DNA from: Myxococcota bacterium
GTDB taxonomy: Bacteria; Myxococcota_A; UBA796; CAJQPC01
Length of the DNA stretch: 64,000 nt
Direction of reading: 5' to 3'
Assembly: GCA_036229005.1 (NCBI GenBank)
Contig: JAZAMN010000031.1
Span: 192,001-256,000, forward strand
A program made the position numbers and the translations under genes. A model generated the notes under the pieces. The model did not search any database. It was not told the origin of the DNA and worked only from the letters and a program-made list of their open reading frames with translations. Shown one piece after another: positions 29,412 to 43,942 of the stretch (positions are counted from its first letter, which is position 1; each line of letters starts with the position of its first letter).

Positions 29412-31736
29412 ATGCGCTTGTCACTCCTGCTCGCCCTTGCCGCGACGCTCACCGCCTGCAACAAGGACCCGGATCTGGACGAGGACGGCTTCCCCGCCTC
29501 CGTGGACTGCGACGATGAGGACGCCTCCATCCACCCCGACGCGGAAGAGGTCTGCGACGGCATCGACAACAACTGCGATGCCATCACCGACGTCGACGCC
29601 ACGGACGTGGTCACCTGGTACGGCGACTCCGACGGCGACGGCTTCGGCGGCGACGCCATCACCCTCGAGGCCTGCGAGGCCCCCACCGGCTTCCTGGCCG
29701 ACAACAGCGACTGCGACGACAACGACGCCTCCGTGAGCCCTGACGGCTTGGAGATCTGCGACGGCGTCGACAACGACTGCGACGGTCTCACCGACGCCGA
29801 CGACGACAGCGTCGACCTGAGCACCGCGACCGACTGGTACCCCGACGGGGACGGCGACGGCTACGGCGTGGACACTGACGCGGTCCAGTCCTGCAGCGCC
29901 CCCGACAGCTCCTACGTCCTGGAGGGCGGCGACTGCGACGACAGCGACGCAGCCCTGAGCCCCGCCACGGTCTGGTACGCCGACCTGGACAGCGACGGCT
30001 TCGGCGCCACCAACTTCACGACCGTCCAGTGCGAGCAGCCCGACGAGTACGCTGCCGCGTCCGGTGACTGTGACGACTTCAACCCCAACATCAACCCGGA
30101 CGCCCAGGAGGTGTGCGACGGCGGCACCGACAACGACTGCGATGGGTTGACTGACGACGCCGACGATAGCCTCGACCTCACCACCCGGACCTTCTGGTAC
30201 GCCGACACCGACAGCGACGGATACGGCGACAGCGAGGCCACCGGGGCCGAGTACTGCACGGGCCCCAGCGGCACCGCCGACAACAACGAGGACTGCGACG
30301 ACACCCTCGGTGAGGTCAGCCCCGCAGAGACCGAGGTCTGCAACGACGGACTGGATAACGACTGCAGTGGGGATGCCCCTGAGTGTGGTCTGGGCGCCCT
30401 GCTGGCGCGCTCGGACGCCGACGTCGAGTTCTCCGGGACCAACTCGTCCGACTACCTGGGTTACTACTCCGTCGAGCTCAAGGACGTGAACGGCGACGGC
30501 TACGACGACCTGATCACGGGTGCCTACGGCGACGACAGCAACGCCTCCGCGGCGGGCGCGGCCTACGTGTTCTACGGCCCCCTGACCACGGACACCAGCG
30601 CCAGCTCAGCCGACTGGAGCGTCTACGGGTCCAACAGCTCCGACTACCTGGGCCGCCGCGTCAGCAGCGCCGGCGACCTGGACGGGGACGGCTACGACGA
30701 GATCATCGTGGGCGCCTACGGCTCCGATCAGAACGCCAGCAGCGGCGGCTCAGCCTACCTCTACTACGGCGGCGCCACAGCCATCAGCACGACTGTGGGC
30801 GCGAGCTTCCACGGCGAGAACTCCTACGACTACCTCGGCCATGACGTCGCCGGGATGGGAGACCTGGACGGGGATGGCTACGACGACTTCGGCGTAGGCG
30901 GCTACGGCATCGACGAGGCCTCCTCCACCGGCGGCGGCGCCTACCTCTACTTCGGCGTTCCCTCCGGCACGGTGGAGCTCGACAGCGCCGACTACGTCGT
31001 GTACGGCAGCGACGGCGACTACGTCGGCTACGTGAACGGCATGGCGAGCGGCGACTTCGACGGAGACGGCTCCGACGACGCAGTCTTTGGCGGCTACTAC
31101 GGCCTCGCCGACTACGGCAGCGTCGCCGTGATGTACGGCCCCCTCTCCGCCGGCACCACCACCTACACCAACAGCGCCGACGCCCAGTTCAGCGGCAGCG
31201 GCACCTACGACTATTTCGGCCGCTTCGCCCGCGCTGACGACCTCGACGGCGACGGCTACGACGACCTGGTGACCGGAGAGTACTACGGCGCCAACTCGTC
31301 GGGAAGCTCCACTGGAATGGCCTACGCCTTCTTCGGCAGCGCCTCCGGCTGGAGCTCCGCACAGTCCGCGAGCGGCGCGGACGTGACCTTTGAGGGTGAC
31401 GTCGCCTACGACTACTTCGGGCGCTCCTTCACGCTGGCCGACATCAACGGCGATGACGACGTGGACGTCGCGGTCGGCGCTGGTGGGAACGACAACGTCG
31501 CGAGCTCCTCCGGCGCGGTCTACGTCTTCAACGGCCCCTTCACCTCCGGGATGACCCTCGCGGCCGGCACCGCCGACCACACCATCCAGGGCGATTCCAG
31601 CTCCGACTACTGCGGCTACGAGGCCACGGGCGCCGGCGATGCGAACGCCGACGGCACCCCCGATCTGGTCGTGTCCTGCTACGGCGCCAACAGCTTCGCG
31701 GGCAGCCTGAACATCTTCTTCGGCGGCGGGCTCTGA
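29412..31736 (+). CDS. Lipoprotein with MopE-like repeats and an FG-GAP propeller (tandem copy A)
   Basis: LTAC lipobox, DCDD..HPDAEEVCDGIDNNC repeats, GDLDGDGYDEIIVGAY. Confidence 0.88.
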   Translation: MRLSLLLALAATLTACNKDPDLDEDGFPASVDCDDEDASIHPDAEEVCDGIDNNCDAITDVDATDVVTWYGDSDGDGFGGDAITLEACEAPTGFLADNSDCDDNDASVSPDGLEICDGVDNDCDGLTDADDDSVDLSTATDWYPDGDGDGYGVDTDAVQSCSAPDSSYVLEGGDCDDSDAALSPATVWYADLDSDGFGATNFTTVQCEQPDEYAAASGDCDDFNPNINPDAQEVCDGGTDNDCDGLTDDADDSLDLTTRTFWYADTDSDGYGDSEATGAEYCTGPSGTADNNEDCDDTLGEVSPAETEVCNDGLDNDCSGDAPECGLGALLARSDADVEFSGTNSSDYLGYYSVELKDVNGDGYDDLITGAYGDDSNASAAGAAYVFYGPLTTDTSASSADWSVYGSNSSDYLGRRVSSAGDLDGDGYDEIIVGAYGSDQNASSGGSAYLYYGGATAISTTVGASFHGENSYDYLGHDVAGMGDLDGDGYDDFGVGGYGIDEASSTGGGAYLYFGVPSGTVELDSADYVVYGSDGDYVGYVNGMASGDFDGDGSDDAVFGGYYGLADYGSVAVMYGPLSAGTTTYTNSADAQFSGSGTYDYFGRFARADDLDGDGYDDLVTGEYYGANSSGSSTGMAYAFFGSASGWSSAQSASGADVTFEGDVAYDYFGRSFTLADINGDDDVDVAVGAGGNDNVASSSGAVYVFNGPFTSGMTLAAGTADHTIQGDSSSDYCGYEATGAGDANADGTPDLVVSCYGANSFAGSLNIFFGGGL

Positions 31737-31781
31737 CCCGTCTCCCCGCCTCCAAGAACCTTCGCCCTCTCCGGAGCGACC

Positions 31782-34094
<2,313 letters not shown>

Positions 34095-34112
34095 GCTTCG
34101 GCCTCCGCCCAC

Positions 34113-34138
34113 TGAGCCCGCCCCACCCGGCGGGCTCA
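34113..34138. terminator. 10-bp GC hairpin TGAGCCCGCC-N6-GGCGGGCTCA
   Basis: Perfect stem after the copy B stop; no clear U-tract. Confidence 0.5.
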
Positions 34139-34186
34139 CCTGCTTCAGGAGATCCCCCCTCAAGCCCGCACCACCGGCAGCCGAAT

Positions 34187-34214
34187 CGGCATATACTCAT
34201 ACCCGTATATGCTG
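34187..34214. promoter_or_regulatory. Candidate SahR-type operator GCATATAC-N8-GTATATGC
   Basis: AT-rich inverted repeat overlapping the regulator's start codon. Confidence 0.6.
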
Positions 34215-35122
34215 ACTCTCGAAGACACCACCGCCCGCTGCCGCGCTCTGGCCGACTCCACCCGGGTCCGGCTCATGGCGCTGGTCCGCGCCCACACGCT
34301 CTCGGTCTCCGAGATCGCCCACGTGACCCAGCTCCCCCAGCCTCGGGTGAGCTCGCACCTCAAGGTGCTGCGGGAGGCTGGGCTGGTCGTTCCTCGCCGG
34401 GTGGGCGGGTCTGCTTTCTACCAGCCAACAGAAGGATGCGAGGTGGTGAGGGCCGTCCTCAAGGCCGCCCAGGATCCCCTCCTCTCCCAAGACCGAGCCC
34501 GCGCGATCGAGGTGGTCCAGGCCCGCCGCTCGTCCCGAGGCTGGGGAGACGGCGTGGCCGGTCGCATGGCACGCTCCTATTCCCCCGGGCGCACCTGGGA
34601 GTCCCTGGCCCGCGGTCTGGCGGTGCTCGCGAACCCCGGTCGGGTCCTGGACGTCGCCAGCGGGGACGGCGCGGTGGCCGAGATCCTGGCCCCCCTCTCG
34701 CGCGAGGTCGTCTGCCTGGACGCCAACCCCCGCGTGGTGGACCTGGGCCGCGAGCGCATGGGGCACGTCAAGAACCTGCGCTTCGTGCTCGGGGACATGC
34801 ACGAGCTCCCCTTCCCCGACGCCAGCTTCGACACCGTCCTGCTGATGGGCGCGCTCCCCCACACCGCTCAGCCCCGCGAAGCCCTGTCGGAGGCGGCGAG
34901 GGTGCTGGCCCCCGGCGGTCGACTGGCGGTCTCCACCCTCCGAACCCACGCCCACCGCAGCACCGCGCAGGAGTACGACCACCTGAGCGAGGGCATGGAG
35001 AGCAGCGAGCTGGCGGAGATCCTGGAGTCCCTGGACCTCCACCTGCGCTTCTGTGAGCAGACCAGCCGCGAGCGACGCGCCCCCCATTTCGAGGTCATCA
35101 CGGCCGCAGCGGAGAAGCCCCT

Positions 35123-35126
<4 letters not shown>
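34209..35126 (+). CDS. ArsR HTH-methyltransferase fusion regulator (SahR-type)
   Basis: ALADSTRVRL..QPRVSSHLKVLREAGLV ArsR HTH plus a VLDVASGDG SAM-binding domain; coupled to metH. Confidence 0.85.
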
Positions 35127-38761
<3,635 letters not shown>

Positions 38762-38854
38762 CAGGGGATTGACGCGCGGTGTACGGCATCTGTCGGCGCC
38801 GCTTGCGACCCCTGGCTCCAGCCGGGACAATGCGGCCACCAGCTCGGAGCCTCC

Positions 38855-39400
38855 ATGACCATCCTGCTCGCCCTCTCCCTCGTCGCCTGCAACAGCAGCG
38901 GCGCCGTCACTCTGGACGACAACAGCCTCACCAACAGCGATGACACCGGGAGCGGCGACGACACCGGCAACGGCGGAGACGACACCGGCAACGGCGGCGA
39001 CGACACCGGCGAGGTCCAGGTCGAGGAGCCCATCGTCTACAGCGGCCGCATCTGGGGGAACGTGCCCGACTGGGACGACTACACCTACTGCGAGGGCGAG
39101 ATCGAGCTCAGCGTGGACCCCGACGGGCAGTTCAGCGCCGAGACCCGCTGCGAGGGCGACTGGGTCGAGCACGACGTCCGCCTGGAGGGCAGAGTCGACG
39201 ACGAGGAGATCAGCGGCGTGGGCACCGTGGTGCTCGAGGGCCGCGAGGGCGAGACCTACGAAGAGGACGGCGAGCTGGAGGGCGACGCCGACGAGGAGGA
39301 GTTCGAGGGCGAGTTCGTGATCGAGGTCCGCATGGGCGGCGGTCCCGGCGGCAGCCGCGAGACCGAGGTCGAGTTCTTCGTCGAGCTCCAGGCCCAGTGA
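38855..39400 (+). CDS. Highly acidic lipoprotein with DDTG repeats
   Basis: LVAC lipobox, DDTG x4, Glu-rich beta domain. Confidence 0.7.
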   Translation: MTILLALSLVACNSSGAVTLDDNSLTNSDDTGSGDDTGNGGDDTGNGGDDTGEVQVEEPIVYSGRIWGNVPDWDDYTYCEGEIELSVDPDGQFSAETRCEGDWVEHDVRLEGRVDDEEISGVGTVVLEGREGETYEEDGELEGDADEEEFEGEFVIEVRMGGGPGGSRETEVEFFVELQAQ

Positions 39401-40782
39401 GCCTGCTGCTGCTCCTGGCCGCCTGCGGCACCCCCGCCGACACCGGAACCTGGGTCGCTCCCGGGTGCGGCGACGGCGTCGTGGATGCCTCCGAGCAGTG
39501 TGACGCGGGCAGCGACAACTCCGACACCACGCCCGACGCCTGCCGAACGGACTGCTCCCTGCCCACCTGCGGGGACGGCGTGGTCGACGCGGACGAGGGC
39601 TGCGAGGACGGCAACACCTGGGGCGCCGACGGCTGCAGCCCGAGCTGCCAGATCGAGGCCCTGCCCGGCGAGTCCGAGCCCAACGACCTGGACAGCCCCG
39701 AGACCTGGGACAGCGCCCGCATCGGCGCCCTCTCCGACGCCAACGACCGCGACTGCTTCGCCGTGGACTCCCTCCAGGACAGCTACCTGAGCGCCCAGGC
39801 CCTGGGACCGGACGGCCTCTGCCCCGAGCTCGTGCTGGAGCTCTACAGCCCCGAGGGCGCCCGCCTGGCCGTCGCCTCCCCCGGTGAGGGCCAGTCGCAG
39901 GAGGCCTGCACGCACCTCGACCCCACCCACGAGCCCGGCGCCCGCTTCCTGCAGGAGGGTGTCTGGACGGTGTGCGTGGCCCCCTGGAGGGAGCAGATCG
40001 TCTCCTCCTACCAGCTCGAGATCCAGCAGGGGGAGGACTCCTGCGCGCTGAAGCTCGATTGGCCCACCGCCGACGACATCGATCAGGACGGACTGATCGG
40101 AGCCTGCGACCCAGACGAGGACGGGGACGGGATCCTCGACACCGACGACAACTGCCCCGAGATCCCCAACAGCGGCGACCCCGCCCCTCTGTTCGTGGAC
40201 AGCAGCGGCTTCATCACCGACTGGCTGGTCCTGGGGCCGCTGGAGCTGGGCGCGAGCACCGACACCTGCCTGCCCACCGGGGACGCGCTCTCGCCAAGCG
40301 ACAGTCAGTCCCGACCTGAGCTGGGGCAGGCGGAGCTGGACCGCATCTGGACCTACCGGGGCGTGGGGTCCACGCTGGACTTCACGCGGCATCTGGGCGA
40401 GATCCCGGCCCCGCCGCGCGAGGCCTATGCCTTTGTCTGGATCAAGAGCGACAGCTCCCACCAGAAGACCCTGTCGGTGGGCGCGGACGACGGCGTTGTG
40501 GCCTGGTTCAACGGAAACCAGGTGCTGAGCGTGAGCACCTGTCAGGGCACCAATGCGGACCAGTTCCAGGCGACCGTGCAGTTCTACGGCGGCTGGAACA
40601 GCCTGCTCTTCAAGGTCTACGACCAGGGCGGCGGCTGGGGGCTCAACGCGCGCTTTCTGGATGAAGGCAGCCCGTCGACCGACCTGGAGCTCAGCTTCGC
40701 CCCCACCACCTGGGCCCCCGACCAGAGCGACCAGGACGGCGACGGCATCGGCGACGTCTGCGACGACACCCCCCAGGGCTGA
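39397..40782 (+). CDS. Lipoprotein with DUF4215-like Cys repeats, a PPC-like domain, TSP3-like repeats and a PA14-like insert
   Basis: LAAC, CGDGVVD.E.CD, ESEPND, DNCP..PN, GADDGVVAWFNG, GWNSLLFKV. Confidence 0.75.
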   Translation: MSLLLLLAACGTPADTGTWVAPGCGDGVVDASEQCDAGSDNSDTTPDACRTDCSLPTCGDGVVDADEGCEDGNTWGADGCSPSCQIEALPGESEPNDLDSPETWDSARIGALSDANDRDCFAVDSLQDSYLSAQALGPDGLCPELVLELYSPEGARLAVASPGEGQSQEACTHLDPTHEPGARFLQEGVWTVCVAPWREQIVSSYQLEIQQGEDSCALKLDWPTADDIDQDGLIGACDPDEDGDGILDTDDNCPEIPNSGDPAPLFVDSSGFITDWLVLGPLELGASTDTCLPTGDALSPSDSQSRPELGQAELDRIWTYRGVGSTLDFTRHLGEIPAPPREAYAFVWIKSDSSHQKTLSVGADDGVVAWFNGNQVLSVSTCQGTNADQFQATVQFYGGWNSLLFKVYDQGGGWGLNARFLDEGSPSTDLELSFAPTTWAPDQSDQDGDGIGDVCDDTPQG

Positions 40783-40830
40783 GCCCCGCGCGTGACCTCT
40801 GCGGCCCTCGTGGTTAAGCCTTGGGAGCGC

Positions 40831-40907
40831 GCCCCCGTAGCTCAGCTGGATAGAGCAACCGCCTCCTAAGCGGTAGGCCACAGGTTCGAATCCTGTCGGG
40901 GGTGCCA
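40831..40907 (+). tRNA. tRNA-Arg (anticodon CCT)
   Basis: Cloverleaf with GCCCCCG/CGGGGGT acceptor, ACCGC-CTCCTAA-GCGGT anticodon arm, TTCGAAT loop and encoded CCA. Confidence 0.96.
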
Positions 40908-40999
40908 CTTCCCTGGCCCTGGCCCGGTCGGTCCCTCGGGGACCCGGCCCCCTCCCGCGACCCCGGCCTCGAGAAGCCCTTCTCGCCCCCGGAGTCCCC

Positions 41000-42292
41000 A
41001 TGGCCCTCTCAATCCTGCTCGTAGTGGTCGCCTTGGCGCTGGCCGCTGCGCTGGCCTTCCACCCCCGCCTGCGCGGCTCCGAGGCCTGGCAGGCCACCGT
41101 GGTCCCCCTGGCCTCCATCATGGGCAGCGGCTTCCTGGTCAGCGCACCCCTGCTGGGCCAGGCGGTGGGTCGCTGGGCCATGCCGTCCATGGCCGCCCTG
41201 CTCGCCGTCGCCTTCGCCCTGGGCCACGTCATCCGCTTCAACATCCAGTACGCCGAGCCCCGCGAGGCCAAGGCCTCCCCCCGCCGAGCGGGCGACCACC
41301 GCCTCCAGCACGCCCACGGCGCCACCAGCGACGCCCACCGCGACGCCGCCCCGCACGCCGCGAACACCGTCGAGCGCATCAGTCACCTCGGCCTCGCGCT
41401 CGCCTACGTCGTGACCATCGCCTACTACCTCAAGCTGCTCGCCGCCTTCGCCCTCTCCCAGATCGGCGTGGAGGCCGCCTGGGCCGCCCCCGCTCTGGCC
41501 AGCGGCATCCTGGCCGGCCTGACCCTCACCGGGCTCGCCTTCGGGCTGGGGCTGCTGGAGAAACTGGACCGCTACGCCATCGCCCTGAACTTCGGCGTGA
41601 TCGCCGCCATCCTGCTGGGCCTGCTCGTCTACAACGGGCGCCTGCTGGCCGCCGGACAGTGGGCCCTGCCTCCCCAGGTCCAGATCGACGCCCCCACCCA
41701 GACCCTCCGGGTGCTCATGGGCCTGCTGATCGTGGTCCAGGGCTTCGAGACCTCGCGCTTCCTGGGCTCCGAGCACAGCGCCGCCCTGCGGGTGCGCTCC
41801 ATGCGGTGGGCCCAGCTCCTCTCCAGCGCCATCTACGTGCTCTTCCTCGGTCTCATCACCGCGCTCTTCCAGGGCGGCGGGTCCCAGGACGCCGACGTCA
41901 CCGCGGTCATCGCCCTGCTCAAGCCCGTGGCCCCCGTGCTGCCCCTGCTCGTGCTGGTCGCCGCCATCTTCAGCCAGTTCAGCGCCGCCGTCGCCGACGA
42001 CTCCGGAAACGTCGGCCTGGTCCGCTCCATGCTGGGCCCCAAGGTCCCGAGCTGGGTCCCCTACCTGCTCATCGGTGGGCTCGCCGCCGGCATCATCTGG
42101 GGCACCGACCCCGTCCAGGTCATCGCCTGGGCCTCCCGCGCATTCGCGGCGTTCTACGCCCTTCAGTGCGTGGTCGCCGTGCTCACGGTCGCGCGCGTCC
42201 AGGTCTCCCGCCCGCGCCTCCGTCAGGTCGCCTACAGCGTCCTCGGGGTCGTCTCGCTGGCCGTCGCGGTGTTCGGTGTGCCGGCGGGCTGA
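41000..42292 (+). CDS. APC-superfamily-like membrane transporter
   Basis: About 12 TMs, ASIMGSGFL, VQGFETSR, FSQFSAAVAD. Confidence 0.7.
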   Translation: MALSILLVVVALALAAALAFHPRLRGSEAWQATVVPLASIMGSGFLVSAPLLGQAVGRWAMPSMAALLAVAFALGHVIRFNIQYAEPREAKASPRRAGDHRLQHAHGATSDAHRDAAPHAANTVERISHLGLALAYVVTIAYYLKLLAAFALSQIGVEAAWAAPALASGILAGLTLTGLAFGLGLLEKLDRYAIALNFGVIAAILLGLLVYNGRLLAAGQWALPPQVQIDAPTQTLRVLMGLLIVVQGFETSRFLGSEHSAALRVRSMRWAQLLSSAIYVLFLGLITALFQGGGSQDADVTAVIALLKPVAPVLPLLVLVAAIFSQFSAAVADDSGNVGLVRSMLGPKVPSWVPYLLIGGLAAGIIWGTDPVQVIAWASRAFAAFYALQCVVAVLTVARVQVSRPRLRQVAYSVLGVVSLAVAVFGVPAG

Positions 42293-42325
42293 GTGGTAGC
42301 CTGCGAGCTCTCTGACGAGGTCCCC

Positions 42326-43864
42326 ATGCCCCTCTGGCTCGCCCTGTTCGCCTGCAATGGCGGCGCCCCCGACCCCAGCGACGACACCCAGCCGGTCACC
42401 GATGACAGCGGCGTCACCGACGACAGCGGCGACACCGGACAGGTGCACGGGGCGGTCACCCTGGTGCTCAGCGCCCCCGCCCTGCTGCGCCTCGATGTCG
42501 CCGGGCAGGCCTCCGCGGAGCTCGCCTGCGCGGTGTTCGTGGACGGCGCCCGCACGGCCGACACCCCCACCCTGAGCGTGAGCGGAAACGGCAGCCTGGA
42601 CGGCAACCTGCTCAGCGTCAGCGAGAGCGGCCAGAGCGTCCTGGAGTGCAGCTTCGGCGGCGAGCAGGTCAGCGCCACCGTCGTCACCTCGGGCACTTGG
42701 GTGGACAGTAGCTGGTCGGAGCTCGCCCAGACCTACGCCTCCTCCCTGGACGCCATGGTCCAGCTCAGCGAGGCCCAGTCCCAGGGCGACGAGACCTGGA
42801 GCGCCGCCCTGGAGACCCTGCGCGCAGACCTCGCCCGCATGGAGGCCCAGGCCACCTACAACGACCCCGTGATCTGGAACATCCCCGGCGGCTACCCCGA
42901 CGCCAGCACCGTGGAGTCCGCCGGCTACCCCGCCTCCGAGGACGACGCGGCGGCGATGGCCCAGCTCACTGCGTTGAACACCGCCCTGGATGCCTACGTG
43001 CTCGCCATCGAGGGGCTGGACCTGGACACCGAAGGCGAGGACACCCTGGCCGACGTCGAGCGCGCGCTGGACGACCTGGACGCCGCCGTCGCCGCCTCCC
43101 TGGAGCTGCAGGTCTCCGTCTCCGGCGGTCTGGCCCTGCGCGAGGCCATGAGCGCCCACCTCAACGAGCACCTGCTCCCCGCGATGATGGCCGGCCCCCG
43201 CAAGATCGTCGAGGCCACCAACCCCGGCGTCGCGCCGCCCCCCTTCGCCCTGACCAGCATGCTCGGCCTTAGCAGCATGCTCGGTGTGCGCGGCAAGCTC
43301 ATCGAGAGCTGGTACGGCCCCGCGATCGACTGGATCGCCGGCGCCGTGGACACCCTGGCCAAGGTCAAGCTCATCGACGCGGTGTGGGCCCCCAGCGCCA
43401 CCGGCCCGGAGATCTGGAGCGTCAACTTCGGCAACTACGCCATCTACGAGGGCAACGCGCTCACCATCAACGGCGAGGGCTTCGCCGACCAGGCCGACCT
43501 CAACCAGATCCTCTTCGTCCAGCAGGGCTTCGTCACCGAGGCCCTGGGGCTCTTCGGTGACTGCAAGGACGCCTGGGAGGCCAGCACCGGCGAGTCCGTC
43601 GACTACTTCGACGCGGTCGACAAGATCGACGGCTGCGTGGACAGCCTCGTGGGCGCGCTCACCGACGACCCCAAGGCCAGCATGGGCACCGGCAGCATGG
43701 GCGACGGGCAGGAGTACCTGGGGCTCTACGGCGACCAGTACTTCTCCGTCGGCGTGCCCCCCGTGACCTACTCCGGCGACTGGGTGGACCTGGTCGTGAT
43801 GATCCCCGTGAACCTGGCCACCGGCGAGCGCGGCGAGAGCCACGGAGTGCTGCTGTACCCCTGA
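42326..43864 (+). CDS. Acidic hypothetical lipoprotein
   Basis: MPLWLALFAC, DDSG linker, beta/helical/beta organisation. Confidence 0.7.
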   Translation: MPLWLALFACNGGAPDPSDDTQPVTDDSGVTDDSGDTGQVHGAVTLVLSAPALLRLDVAGQASAELACAVFVDGARTADTPTLSVSGNGSLDGNLLSVSESGQSVLECSFGGEQVSATVVTSGTWVDSSWSELAQTYASSLDAMVQLSEAQSQGDETWSAALETLRADLARMEAQATYNDPVIWNIPGGYPDASTVESAGYPASEDDAAAMAQLTALNTALDAYVLAIEGLDLDTEGEDTLADVERALDDLDAAVAASLELQVSVSGGLALREAMSAHLNEHLLPAMMAGPRKIVEATNPGVAPPPFALTSMLGLSSMLGVRGKLIESWYGPAIDWIAGAVDTLAKVKLIDAVWAPSATGPEIWSVNFGNYAIYEGNALTINGEGFADQADLNQILFVQQGFVTEALGLFGDCKDAWEASTGESVDYFDAVDKIDGCVDSLVGALTDDPKASMGTGSMGDGQEYLGLYGDQYFSVGVPPVTYSGDWVDLVVMIPVNLATGERGESHGVLLYP

Positions 43865-43903
43865 GTGATGGGCGCCAGGGTGATGAGCCCCTGAGTGATG
43901 GGC
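43859..43903. repeat. 15-bp tandem repeat x3 (CCCTGAGTGATGGGC / GCCAGGGTGATGAGC / CCCTGAGTGATGGGC)
   Basis: Read directly; includes the upstream stop codon. Confidence 0.75.
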
Positions 43904-43942
43904 AGGGCCCCAAAGCGACCCGCGGTCAGCTAAGCTCCCGCC

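Noticed and set aside
40831..40999. tRNA-Arg as an island integration site
   Set aside because: I saw no integrase and no duplicated tRNA 3' end in the window.
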